Part shown: positions 46,933 to 56,143 of the stretch, in pieces
Layout of the letters: each line of letters begins with the position of its first letter
Numbering within the stretch: the first letter of the stretch is position 1
Assembly (NCBI GenBank): GCA_945913025.1
Contig: CAMECJ010000003.1
Location: forward strand, 103,746 to 167,745
Direction: 5' to 3'
Source: an uncultured Elusimicrobia bacterium
GTDB lineage: Bacteria; Elusimicrobiota; Elusimicrobia; Elusimicrobiales; Elusimicrobiaceae
Length of the DNA stretch: 64,000 nt
Program-made: the position numbers and the translations under genes
Notes under the pieces: generated by a model
Databases searched by the model: none
What the model was told of the DNA's origin: nothing
The model's input: the letters and a program-made list of their open reading frames with translations, nothing else

Positions 46933-48347
46933 TGATGACCGTAGAGCAAATTGTACACGCTTTTAAATCCGGCGAAAAATCCGCCGAAGAAATTACCCGC
47001 GGCTGTTTGGCCGTAATCGCCGAGAAAAATCCGGAAATTAACGCTTTTGTGGAAGTGTTTGAAGCGGACGCGCTGTCGCGCGCCAAAGAATTAGACGAAA
47101 AACGCGCGCGCGGCGAAGAGCTGGGCGCTTTGGCGGGCGTACCCGTGGCGATTAAAGACAATATCCTTTACAAAGGGCACAAAGCCACCTGCTGTTCCAA
47201 AATGTTGGAAAACTATGTAGCTTCCTATACGTCTACCGTGGTGGAAAAACTGCTGGCCGCGGGCGCGGTGATTATCGGCCGCACCAATATGGACGAATTT
47301 GCTATGGGCAGCACCAACCAAACCTCCGTGTACGGCCCCGTTAAAAATCCGGTGAATACCGAATGTGTCCCGGGGGGCTCTTCGGGCGGAAGTGCGGCGG
47401 CTGTGGCAGCGGGTATGGTTCCCGTTTCTCTGGGTACCGACACGGGCGGATCCGTCCGTCAGCCTGCCGGATTCTGCGGCGTTGTGGGCATTAAACCCGG
47501 GTACGGGCGCATTTCCCGCTACGGGGTAATTGCGTTTGCGTCCAGCGCGGACCAAGTGGGTGTAATCGCCGGAAACGTAAAAGACGCGGCCACCGTTTTG
47601 GAAGTGCTGGCGGGGAGAGACGCGCACGATTCCACCTCGCTTGAATCTCCCGTGCCGGCGTATGCGTCGCTGCTTGCCAAAGATTTAAAAGGCGTTAAAA
47701 TCGGCTTGCCGAAAGGTTTTTTGGATGGCCTTGGCGACGACATTAAACAAAGAGTAACTGAAGCCGCCCGCGCGCTTGAAAAGCAGGGCGCGCAGCTGGT
47801 GGACGTGGACGTTCCGCATGCCAAATACGCGGCCCCGTGCTACTATATTATTACGAGCGCGGAGGCCAGCTCCAACTTGGGCCGCTACGACGGGATTCGT
47901 TACGGTTATGCCGACAAGTCCGCTACAGATTTAAACGCCTATTATGAAGAATCCCGCGCGCCGTTCGGACTGGAGGTTAAGAAACGTATTATTATCGGTA
48001 CGTTCGCGCTGACTTCCAAAAATTATGAAGAATGTTTTTTAAAAGCGATGAAAGTGCGCGAACTGATCCGCGAAGATTTTAAAAAAGCGTTCGAACAGGT
48101 AGACGTGCTGTTAACGCCTACATCGCCCACGACGGCCTTTAAATTGGGACATCACGATGAAGATCCGCTGGCGCTGTATCTGGCGGATTTGTATACGTGC
48201 CAGGGGAATATCGGCGGTTTGGCGGGGATCAGCGTGCCGTTCGGAAAGGATAAAAACGGGCTGCCCGTCGGCGTGCAGTTTTACGGGCCGATTCTGCAGG
48301 AAGAAAAAATCTTAAACGCGGCGTATCACTTAGAGCAAAACGTATGA
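46932..48347 (+). CDS. gatA: Asp/Glu-tRNA amidotransferase subunit A
   Basis: AIKDNI, GRTNMDEFAMGS, GGSSGGS, GTDTGGSVRQP and KKRIIIG motifs. Confidence 0.97.
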   Translation: MMTVEQIVHAFKSGEKSAEEITRGCLAVIAEKNPEINAFVEVFEADALSRAKELDEKRARGEELGALAGVPVAIKDNILYKGHKATCCSKMLENYVASYTSTVVEKLLAAGAVIIGRTNMDEFAMGSTNQTSVYGPVKNPVNTECVPGGSSGGSAAAVAAGMVPVSLGTDTGGSVRQPAGFCGVVGIKPGYGRISRYGVIAFASSADQVGVIAGNVKDAATVLEVLAGRDAHDSTSLESPVPAYASLLAKDLKGVKIGLPKGFLDGLGDDIKQRVTEAARALEKQGAQLVDVDVPHAKYAAPCYYIITSAEASSNLGRYDGIRYGYADKSATDLNAYYEESRAPFGLEVKKRIIIGTFALTSKNYEECFLKAMKVRELIREDFKKAFEQVDVLLTPTSPTTAFKLGHHDEDPLALYLADLYTCQGNIGGLAGISVPFGKDKNGLPVGVQFYGPILQEEKILNAAYHLEQNV

Positions 48348-48793
48348 TCGTTTCCGAATTTTCGTGCGGCGGCGTGATTTTGGATGGGCGCAAAGTATTG
48401 CTCGTTCAAGTCAAGAATATGAAGGGAAAGAAAATCTGGACCTTTCCCAAAGGCCATATTGAAGCGGGGGAAACGCCCCGTCAGGCCGCGCTGCGCGAAG
48501 TATTGGAAGAAACGGGATATAAAGCCGTTATCGTGCGGCCGATGATTCGCGTAAAATACGCGTTTACGTTCCAGGGAAATTACATTAAAAAGATGGTGCA
48601 GTGGTATCTGATGAAAAAACTGGGGCGGATTGGCAAGCACGACGCGTCGGAAATTTTGGCGATACGCTGGGTGTCTTTATTAAAAGCGCGCGAATTGGTG
48701 CAGTATCCGAGCGATATCCGTCTGGTGGATATGTTGTTGGCGTCCTTACACATCGAGCCAGCCGAAGAACCCGAAACAGATGGGACGGAATAA
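48344..48793 (+). CDS. NUDIX hydrolase
   Basis: FPKGHIEAGETPRQAALREVLEETG Nudix box. Confidence 0.92.
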   Translation: MIVSEFSCGGVILDGRKVLLVQVKNMKGKKIWTFPKGHIEAGETPRQAALREVLEETGYKAVIVRPMIRVKYAFTFQGNYIKKMVQWYLMKKLGRIGKHDASEILAIRWVSLLKARELVQYPSDIRLVDMLLASLHIEPAEEPETDGTE

Positions 48794-48818
48794 CAACTGA
48801 TGTTAACTGACGTTTTAC

Positions 48819-48854
48819 GCACAAGGAACGAAAAGATTTTTTCGTTCCTTGTGT
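48819..48854. terminator. Long hairpin between NUDIX and pilin 7
   Basis: CACAAGGAACGAAAA/GATT/TTTTCGTTCCTTGTG. Confidence 0.65.
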
Positions 48855-48934
48855 CTTTTAAGGATAAACAATTTTCCAAAATCTGCCGTCTTGCGCGTAC
48901 CTTGGGGCTTACGTAATTTTTTGATAAAAACAAA

Positions 48935-49396
48935 TTAATTGAACCTCATTACATAAGATTCACCGGATAATTCAAACCCGATATTCTCACACAGTTTTTG
49001 GTTGTCGGCCAGCTCTGTACCCGAAGCGGGAATACAAGTCATTTCCGTTAAGTCTCCGTTGGTATTGGTTGCGTCAAGCGCATATTCGCCGCTTTTGCGG
49101 GAAAGCGTAATGACTACCGATGTTGCACTCCCGCTTTTTACCGTGGGATCAGAAAAATAAACGGATTTTGTAAAATCCCCCGTTATCTTTTCCGCCGCCG
49201 AATAAGACGGATAACTGTTGCCGTTTATAATATAGCGCGTGTTTACAAAATCGCTCGCGGCGCGCAAATTGTTTATCCCCTCCAGCGCGCGGCCGCGTTC
49301 CATAGAGATGTAATACTTTGGCAGCACAATCGTCACAAGCACCCCTACCAATACCATTACAATTAACAATTCAATGAGCGTAAATCCCTTTTTCAT
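48935..49396 (-). CDS. Type IV pilin-like protein 7 (divergent subtype, no poly-T promoter)
   Basis: MKKG|FTLIELLIVMVLVGVLVTIVLPKY; GGAGG RBS. Confidence 0.88.
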   Translation of the reverse strand: MKKGFTLIELLIVMVLVGVLVTIVLPKYYISMERGRALEGINNLRAASDFVNTRYIINGNSYPSYSAAEKITGDFTKSVYFSDPTVKSGSATSVVITLSRKSGEYALDATNTNGDLTEMTCIPASGTELADNQKLCENIGFELSGESYVMRFN

Positions 49397-49497
49397 AAGT
49401 CCTCCCGAAAGATACTTTATTATATAAATTTGACGGGTATTTTAACAGAGAACACTTTTTTTCCGGCACAATGCGCTTTATTTTATAGAATATCCGT

Positions 49498-50691
49498 ATG
49501 AACGCCAAAAAACTGTTTTGGATTCTGTTTCTGCTAAACCTGCTTAATTATATCGACAGACAGGTACTCTATTCTGTTTTTCCGCTTTTACATCAAGATT
49601 TAAAGCTGACGGACCTGCAGCTCGGCTCCCTGGCCTCCGCCTTTATGCTGGTATATATGTGCTGTGCGCCGATCATCGGCTTTTGGGCGGACCGCGCGCC
49701 ACGGCAAAAATTAGTTTCCGCCAGCGCCTTCGTCTGGAGCACCGCCACCTTGTTATGCGCCGCCGCCGGGAACTACGCAGGGCTGTTGGCGGCGCGCAGT
49801 TTTATCGGTGTGGGGGAAGCGGGATTTACTACCATCGCCCAGCCTTTTTTGGCGGAACAATATCCCACCCAAAAACGTGCCACCGTGTTGGCGATCTTCG
49901 GGCTCGCGCTTCCATTGGGCAGCGCGCTGGGATATCTGCTTGGCGGCATGGCCGGGCAGCACTGGGGGTGGCAAGCCGCTTTTCTGTTGGCGGGGGCGCC
50001 GGGTGTTGTGCTCGCTTTTTTGGCAGCAACACAGCTGCAGGATTCCGCTCGCCGTCATATCCCTGCCGCAAACCGTCCGGCATGGCGCGATTACCGCGCT
50101 CTGCTGACCGACAAACCGTTTTTATGGATATGCCTCGCCCATGCCATGATTACGTTTGTACAGGGCGGGTTTTCGGCCTGGATGCCGACGTATTTTCACC
50201 GTTATTTTGACTTTACCGTCGCCCAGGCGGGTACCGTATTTGGGGCGATTGTCGTGATTTGCGGGGCGGCGGGCACATTTTTGGGCGGGAAACTGGCGGA
50301 CCGGCTGCTTTCCCAAACACCGAAAGCATATTTTATCACTATTTTTGCGGGGATTTTACTTATGCTCCCCTGCGCCGCGGCCGCTTTGTACGCGCCGAAC
50401 GGTACGCTGGGCATTATTTTTATCGGCCTGGCGGTATTATGTATTTTCCTGCCGATGGGCCCTGTAGCGGCCGCCCTGGTGGCATTAAGCAAACCGTCCG
50501 TGCGTTCCATGGCGTTTGCGTTCAACATTTTTATCATTCACGCACTAGGAGATGCTTTATCCCCTATACTCATCGGGCGCGCCTCGGACGCATGGGGCCT
50601 GAAAACCGCACTGCTGCTAGCCTGCGCCGCCTTACTGCCGGGGTTATTGTTTACCGCGCTGTCCGCAAACAAGCAACGCGCCAAACATTAA
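49498..50691 (+). CDS. MFS transporter (spinster-like)
   Basis: LNYIDRQ, WADR.PR and GVGEA motifs; about 12 TM helices. Confidence 0.9.
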   Translation: MNAKKLFWILFLLNLLNYIDRQVLYSVFPLLHQDLKLTDLQLGSLASAFMLVYMCCAPIIGFWADRAPRQKLVSASAFVWSTATLLCAAAGNYAGLLAARSFIGVGEAGFTTIAQPFLAEQYPTQKRATVLAIFGLALPLGSALGYLLGGMAGQHWGWQAAFLLAGAPGVVLAFLAATQLQDSARRHIPAANRPAWRDYRALLTDKPFLWICLAHAMITFVQGGFSAWMPTYFHRYFDFTVAQAGTVFGAIVVICGAAGTFLGGKLADRLLSQTPKAYFITIFAGILLMLPCAAAALYAPNGTLGIIFIGLAVLCIFLPMGPVAAALVALSKPSVRSMAFAFNIFIIHALGDALSPILIGRASDAWGLKTALLLACAALLPGLLFTALSANKQRAKH

Positions 50692-51182
50692 TTTTGCGAC
50701 CAGCACCGGCAGGAGCCGCTACAAGCACTTCGTCCTTCACCGCCAAACAAACCCTTACACAGATCAGAATTTTTGTAATTATATGCCGCATAAGCACAGC
50801 AAGCTGCTTTTTGAGTGGAAAAGCGTATCTCGTAAAAAATGTTTACGTAAAAATCCCAGCACCCCACCCTGTCTGGCGGAGTATCGAGCTTATCATAGTT
50901 TAAAGAACACGATCCCGTTTTCAAAAGAACACTTTGTGTTTTGTCTTGGGTGGTATTGGCAAAACTGATATCCAATTCATCTAAATTCATTGCATAAGCG
51001 CCGTTGGCCATATAATACCGCTGCTGCGCATCAGACAAGTTGCGCGCGGTAGTAACAATCTGCATAAAGCGCGATTTCTTCACTGCTTTTTCGTATTGTG
51101 GCAGAGCTACAGCCGACAAAATACCAATAATTAAAACGACAACTAACAGCTCTATAAGCGTAAACCCGCATTTTTGATTCAT
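50688..51182 (-). CDS. Type IV pilin-like protein 8
   Basis: MNQKCG|FTLIELL...LPQYEKAV; stop overlaps the MFS stop by 4 bp. Confidence 0.9.
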   Translation of the reverse strand: MNQKCGFTLIELLVVVLIIGILSAVALPQYEKAVKKSRFMQIVTTARNLSDAQQRYYMANGAYAMNLDELDISFANTTQDKTQSVLLKTGSCSLNYDKLDTPPDRVGCWDFYVNIFYEIRFSTQKAACCAYAAYNYKNSDLCKGLFGGEGRSACSGSCRCWSQN

Positions 51183-51236
51183 AAGATTATCCCTTAAACC
51201 GATATCACAAAATAAATGTTAATTGGAATTATTCTT

Positions 51237-51264
51237 AATATATCAAAAAAAAAAAACGGGTCAA
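51237..51264 (-). promoter_or_regulatory. Poly-T-spacer promoter of pilin 8 (T12, 16-bp spacer)
   Basis: TTGACC-CG-T12-GA-TATATT; A run at 51245-51256. Confidence 0.78.
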
Positions 51265-51292
51265 GATTCCTCACCTGCGCCCCAAAAAAGTA

Positions 51293-51326
51293 ACAACGGA
51301 TAAGAAATTTCTTTCTTATCCGTTGT
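51293..51326 (-). terminator. Long hairpin, likely terminator after the oxidoreductase operon
   Basis: ACAACGGATAAGAAA/TTTC/TTTCTTATCCGTTGT. Confidence 0.65.
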
Positions 51327-51353
51327 ACGCAAAACAACAATTAAGTACCGCCG

Positions 51354-51890
51354 TTATTTCACAGCGTCAAAGCCCGCTTGGAGCGCTTTTTTATTCAGCT
51401 CCAACATCTCCGGTTTCGCGCGTTTATACACTTTCTTCATCGCGTCGGCCACGCTCTCTAACGTTACCGCACCCGTCAGCTTAATAAACGCACCCAACGC
51501 CACCAAGTTGGCGATGCGGTCCATCCCCACCCCTTCGGCAATCTGGTTGCACGGCACGCACACGACCTTAATATCCGTACGCGTCGGGCGGGAGTTAATC
51601 AGAGAACTGTTAATAATCATAAGCCCTCCTTTTTTAAGAAGCGGCTCAAATTTAGGCAGAGACGGCTCGTTCATCACGATAACCGTATCGGGCGCGGACA
51701 CGATCGGCGTATACACTTCGCCGTCCGTCACCACGACCGAGCAGTTGGCCGTACCGCCGCGCATTTCGGGGCCGTAGGAAGGAAGCCAGCTGGCGTTCTT
51801 TTTGTCTTCCACGCCCGCCTGCGCGAGCAAAATACCCGCGGAAATAACACCCTGTCCGCCGAATCCGGCGATTCTGATACCTTGGTACAT
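51354..51890 (-). CDS. 2-oxoacid:ferredoxin oxidoreductase gamma subunit
   Basis: AGFGGQG and SYGPEMRGGTA motifs. Confidence 0.92.
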   Translation of the reverse strand: MYQGIRIAGFGGQGVISAGILLAQAGVEDKKNASWLPSYGPEMRGGTANCSVVVTDGEVYTPIVSAPDTVIVMNEPSLPKFEPLLKKGGLMIINSSLINSRPTRTDIKVVCVPCNQIAEGVGMDRIANLVALGAFIKLTGAVTLESVADAMKKVYKRAKPEMLELNKKALQAGFDAVK

Positions 51891-52633
51891 TAGTTAGCCC
51901 CCTCGTCTTTAAATACGCCCAGCGGATATTGCGGCATCATTTTGGTGCGCACAAACTCCAGGGACTGGGGTACGCTGGCGTGCCAGTTGGTCGGACACTG
52001 GGATAAAACTTCCACCATCGAAAACCCAACGCCTTTGACCTGGTTTTCAAACGCTTTTTTAATGGCTTTTTTGGCCTTCATCACGTTTTGGGGCGTATCT
52101 ACGGCTACGCGTTCCAGGTATTTGGCGCCGGTAATCTGTGCGAGCATTTCGCACATGTTAATCGGCCAGCCCTGCAGTTCGGGGTCGCGCCCTTTGGGGG
52201 CGGTGGTAGCTACCTGGCCGACGAGCGTCGTCGGCGCCATTTGGCCGCCGGTCATTCCGTAAATGGCATTATTGATAAAAATGACGGTAATGTTTTCGCT
52301 GCGCACGGCGGCGTGTACAATTTCCGCCATACCGATAGAAGCCAAGTCGCCGTCGCCCTGATAGGAAAACACAACCGCTTCGGGCTTGGATCGTTTAATA
52401 CCCGTGGCAATGGCCGGCCCGCGCCCGTGCGCGCCCTGTACCGTGTCGCACGTAAAATAATCGTCGGCAAAAACCGCGCAGCCCACCGGAGCCACGCCGA
52501 TTACGCGGTCTGCAATGTTGAGTTCGTCAAATGCTTCGCCCATCAAACGGTGTACAATGCCGTGTCCGCAGCCAGGGCAGTAGTGCATAGGCTTATCGGT
52601 CATACTCTGCGGTTTTTTAGCAAGAATAGTCAT
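51890..52633 (-). CDS. 2-oxoacid:ferredoxin oxidoreductase beta subunit (TPP-binding)
   Basis: YCPGCGHG, HGR and GDGD...NNAIYGMTGGQ motifs. Confidence 0.93.
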   Translation of the reverse strand: MTILAKKPQSMTDKPMHYCPGCGHGIVHRLMGEAFDELNIADRVIGVAPVGCAVFADDYFTCDTVQGAHGRGPAIATGIKRSKPEAVVFSYQGDGDLASIGMAEIVHAAVRSENITVIFINNAIYGMTGGQMAPTTLVGQVATTAPKGRDPELQGWPINMCEMLAQITGAKYLERVAVDTPQNVMKAKKAIKKAFENQVKGVGFSMVEVLSQCPTNWHASVPQSLEFVRTKMMPQYPLGVFKDEGAN

Positions 52634-52637
52634 AAAT

Positions 52638-53801
52638 TTATTTTCCTCCTTTCAAATCGCCCTGCATCCCGAGCGATTCGTCGCGCTTGCAGTCGTAGGA
52701 AAAACCGGCGGCGTGTTCCTGAAGGTCAAACAACCCTTCTTTGCCTCCGTTCAAACAGGAGCGCACGGCGGTAAGAATCGTGTTGCCGTCCGGCTGGCCG
52801 CCGGCGGGGTAAGCGTTCAAATAGACGGGGGTTTTGCCGTTGACCGCCAGTTTTACGTCCTGCACCAACTGCCCCAAGCTTTGTTCCACGCACAGCACGG
52901 CTTTGGCTTTGGACGCCAACTCCGCCAAGCGTTTGGACGGGAACGGCCACAGCGTAATTGGGCGGAATAACCCGACTTTTAAGCCCTCTTCTTTGGCTTT
53001 GTTGACCGCTTCCAAGCACGCGCGGGAGGACAACCCGTAAGCCGCCAAAAGGACGTCGCAGTCCTCGGCGTCGCGTTCTTCCCAGCGGGCTTCGGTTTTT
53101 TCGATTAAACCGTAGCGTTTGGCGCGTTCCACCACATCGGCGATTAAGTCGTCGCCTTTGTAGGAAAACACTTTGCTTTTCGCGCGTCCGTTTTTGCGGA
53201 TATCCACAGCCCAGCCGAATTTACCCAACTTGTTGGGGTCAACCGGATCAAAATTAAAAGACATACTTTCCATCATCTGGCCCAAAATGCCGTCGGCCAA
53301 AATCATACAGGGCATACGGTATTTTTCGGCCAGTTCAAAACCGAGCTTGGGGAAATTGCCCAGCTCTTCCACCGAGTTCGGCGCCAGCACGATAACGCGG
53401 TAATCCCCGTTTCCGCCGCCGCGCGTGGCTTGGAAATAATCGCCCTGCGCTCCCGCAATACTGCCCAGACCGGGCCCGCCGCGCATCACGTTTACGATTA
53501 AGCACGGCAAATCCGCGCTGGCCAAATAAGTAATACCTTCCTGCTTTAAGCTGATACCCGGGGAGGAGGAGGACGTCATGCTGCGCGTGCCGGTAGCCGC
53601 CGCACCGTAGACCATATTGATGGCGGCCACTTCGCTTTCAGCCTGCACAAACGCGCCGCCGTTATCGGCCATATAGGCAGACATATATTCCGGCACTTCG
53701 TTCTGCGGCGTGATGGGATAACCGGCAAAAAAGCGCGCTCCGGCGCGGATGGCGCCTTCGGCAAGCGCTTCGTTGCCTTTTCTTAATGTTTTTTCGGTCA
53801 T
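52638..53801 (-). CDS. 2-oxoacid:ferredoxin oxidoreductase alpha subunit (VorB-like)
   Basis: GYPITPQNE, QAESE, SSSPG and RGGPGLG motifs. Confidence 0.93.
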   Translation of the reverse strand: MTEKTLRKGNEALAEGAIRAGARFFAGYPITPQNEVPEYMSAYMADNGGAFVQAESEVAAINMVYGAAATGTRSMTSSSSPGISLKQEGITYLASADLPCLIVNVMRGGPGLGSIAGAQGDYFQATRGGGNGDYRVIVLAPNSVEELGNFPKLGFELAEKYRMPCMILADGILGQMMESMSFNFDPVDPNKLGKFGWAVDIRKNGRAKSKVFSYKGDDLIADVVERAKRYGLIEKTEARWEERDAEDCDVLLAAYGLSSRACLEAVNKAKEEGLKVGLFRPITLWPFPSKRLAELASKAKAVLCVEQSLGQLVQDVKLAVNGKTPVYLNAYPAGGQPDGNTILTAVRSCLNGGKEGLFDLQEHAAGFSYDCKRDESLGMQGDLKGGK

Positions 53802-53822
53802 AATATAAAATCCTTAAAACTG

Positions 53823-54029
53823 TTATTCTTTAATTACCGTAATGGCAATATCGGGGCACATCATATAACACATCGTGCAGCCGATGCAATTTTCAGGGTG
53901 TTCCATTTCAGCGGGGAAATATCCTTTTTTGCTGATGGTTTTGGATTTGCCCAAACATTTCTTCGGGCAAGCGCTGACGCACAAATAGCAGGCCTTACAC
54001 CTGTTGGCGTCCACTTCAATTCTTGGCAT
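53823..54029 (-). CDS. 2x[4Fe-4S] ferredoxin (delta subunit)
   Basis: Start MPRIEV at 54029; CKACYLCVSACP and CIGCTMCYMMCP. Confidence 0.92.
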   Translation of the reverse strand: MPRIEVDANRCKACYLCVSACPKKCLGKSKTISKKGYFPAEMEHPENCIGCTMCYMMCPDIAITVIKE

Positions 54030-54197
54030 AATTCTCCTATCGGGTCCGGGGACACAAACCGGTAAACCCATACATAAAGTATATGTCTTTTGCGGGCGGG
54101 TACGCAATAAAAAATACGACGTTTTGCCGCGGAAAAAACTCCTGCGAAAAAATTTTGTTGCCCGCACAAAATAAATTTGATATTATATACGAGTAAT

Positions 54198-54269
54198 GCC
54201 GAGGTAGCTCAGTGGTAGAGCACTGGTCTGAAAAACCAGGTGTCGACAGTTCGATCCTGTCCCTCGGCA
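54198..54269 (+). tRNA. tRNA-Phe(GAA); CCA not encoded
   Basis: GCCGAGGTAGCTCAGTGG...CTGGT-CTGAAAA-ACCAG...GTTCGATCC. Confidence 0.95.
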
Positions 54270-54388
54270 TTTCGTTTTTTATATTTTTAAGTCCCCGTGC
54301 TTTTTGCCCGGGGATTTGTGAAGCAAGAACGGGCAGAAAGTATTTTTCTGCCCGTTCTGCGAACTGTAGAAATTAACAACAGCCGTTT

Positions 54389-55561
54389 TTACCTCACCTG
54401 CACCAAGGCAAAGTGAAGATACTCCGTCTCCGGCATCCCAATCAACACAGGGTGGTCTTTGGCCTGCCCGCGCAGTTCTACAAGCACCGCTTCCCGCCCT
54501 GCCTTGCTCACGCCCTGGCGGATAATGTCCACAAACAGTTCGCGCGACACGTGGTGCGAACAGGTGGAAAACGCCAAATAACCGCCGGATTTCAGCCCTT
54601 CCAGCGCCATTTTGACAAGCTTTACGTAAAGCCCCACGGCCTGAGGCAAAGCCTTGCGGCTTTTGACGAAAGCGGGCGGGTCCAATAGCACGATATCGGG
54701 CTGGTCGGGCAGTTCGCCTTTTTTCATGGCGGACAGGAGACGTTCCGCATCGTCGCGGTGGAAAACGGCCACGTCGCTCACGCCGTTAAGTTCCGCGTTC
54801 TTCTTGGCATACTCCACCGCCGCGGCGGAAGAATCACAGCCCCATACCTGGCTCGCGCCCGCCAAAGCGGCGGTCAAGCCGAAAGAACCAATGTAAGAGT
54901 ACAAATCCAGCACCAGTTTTTCTTTAAAATAGGGTTTTAAAAATTCGCGGTTTTCGCGCTGGTCAAAATAGAAACCGGTTTTCTGGCCGCCGCGCAAGGG
55001 AACCAGATATTTCACGCCGTTTTCTTCAATTTCCACTTCTTCCGGAACCTCGCCGATAATTTCGGGCGTGCTGGTAAGTCCTTCCAGTGCGCGGAAGGCG
55101 CTGTCGTTTTTATAATAAATACCCTTGGGCTTAAAAATTTTTTGGACAGCTTTGGTAATTTCGGGTTTTAACTTTTCCATACCCGCAGTCAGCACGTCGA
55201 TAACAAGCACGTCGCCGTAACGGTCAATAACCAGCCCGGGCAAATGATCGGCTTCGCCGTAGCACATACGCCCGTATTTACGCACGCCGATTTCTTTGCG
55301 GCGCGTATAGGCTTCGTCCAAGTGTTCAAACACGAAATCGTCCGAAAGCTCTCCTTCGCCCTTTAAAATCAAGCGCACTGCAATTAAACTGTGCGGATTG
55401 AAGCAGCCAATGCCAACCTGTTTGCCTTCGTGGTTTACCACGCGCACCAGGGTTCCGGGTTCAATGGAGGTGTCCAGTCCGTCAATTTCGTTGGAAAACA
55501 CCCACCAGTGCCCCGCCTGTAAACGTCTTTCTTCTTTTGCTTTTAATTTAATTTCCGTCAT
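54389..55561 (-). CDS. rlmI: Class I SAM-dependent rRNA methyltransferase (RlmI-like)
   Basis: GHWWVFSNE, DHLPGLVIDRY, GQKTGFYFDQR, LDPPAF and STCS motifs. Confidence 0.85.
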   Translation of the reverse strand: MTEIKLKAKEERRLQAGHWWVFSNEIDGLDTSIEPGTLVRVVNHEGKQVGIGCFNPHSLIAVRLILKGEGELSDDFVFEHLDEAYTRRKEIGVRKYGRMCYGEADHLPGLVIDRYGDVLVIDVLTAGMEKLKPEITKAVQKIFKPKGIYYKNDSAFRALEGLTSTPEIIGEVPEEVEIEENGVKYLVPLRGGQKTGFYFDQRENREFLKPYFKEKLVLDLYSYIGSFGLTAALAGASQVWGCDSSAAAVEYAKKNAELNGVSDVAVFHRDDAERLLSAMKKGELPDQPDIVLLDPPAFVKSRKALPQAVGLYVKLVKMALEGLKSGGYLAFSTCSHHVSRELFVDIIRQGVSKAGREAVLVELRGQAKDHPVLIGMPETEYLHFALVQVR

Positions 55562-55564
55562 AAA

Positions 55565-56143
55565 TTATCTGTTCAATTCTTCCACTTCCGTAAACGGAAT
55601 TTTGGCCGCGCAAAGAGGGCATTCTTTGGCGGAAAAAGTTTGCATCGGGTACGACAACAGCGCGCGAAGCGGAACAGTCAGGGGCAAATATCCCATAGAG
55701 CGGTCCACAATCACGCCCACACCGATGACGTTCCCGCCCAACTTGCCCACCAGTTCGATGGCTTGGTTGATTTTGCGGCCGGAAACAGCTACATCATCCA
55801 CAATCAGTACATTTTCGCCAGCTTTAATATTAAAGCTGTGTTTTAAAATCATCTGGCCGTTATCGTCTTTAGAGGCGAAAATCGCGCGCACGCCGCGCAC
55901 GCGGGCTACTTCCTGCGCCAGAATGGAATCCGAAGGCGTAAGCGCCATTACCACGTCGGCCGGTTTGGTAAATTTTTCCGACAGCGCACCCGCAATTTTT
56001 TGGGCCAAATTGGGATGCTGCATCAAAAGCGTGGTTTGAATATACGTCTGGCTGTGAAAGCCGGAGGGCATTACAAAATGTCCTTCTAAAATGGCCCCGT
56101 GTTCTTGCAGGAGGCACAGCACGTCCATATTATTTCTTGGCAT
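55565..56143 (-). CDS. pyrE: Orotate phosphoribosyltransferase-like protein
   Basis: GHFVMPSGFHS, VLIVDDV and C-terminal CPLC motifs; PRPP loop divergent. Confidence 0.7.
   Translation of the reverse strand: MPRNNMDVLCLLQEHGAILEGHFVMPSGFHSQTYIQTTLLMQHPNLAQKIAGALSEKFTKPADVVMALTPSDSILAQEVARVRGVRAIFASKDDNGQMILKHSFNIKAGENVLIVDDVAVSGRKINQAIELVGKLGGNVIGVGVIVDRSMGYLPLTVPLRALLSYPMQTFSAKECPLCAAKIPFTEVEELNR

Noticed and set aside
4603-51182. Pilins as integron gene cassettes
   Set aside because: They are dispersed, carry their own promoters, show no RYYYAAC...GTTRRRY attC boundaries that I could verify, and there is no intI.
5309-54269. Three of four tRNAs lacking an encoded CCA
   Set aside because: Common in bacteria that have a CCA-adding enzyme; not novel.
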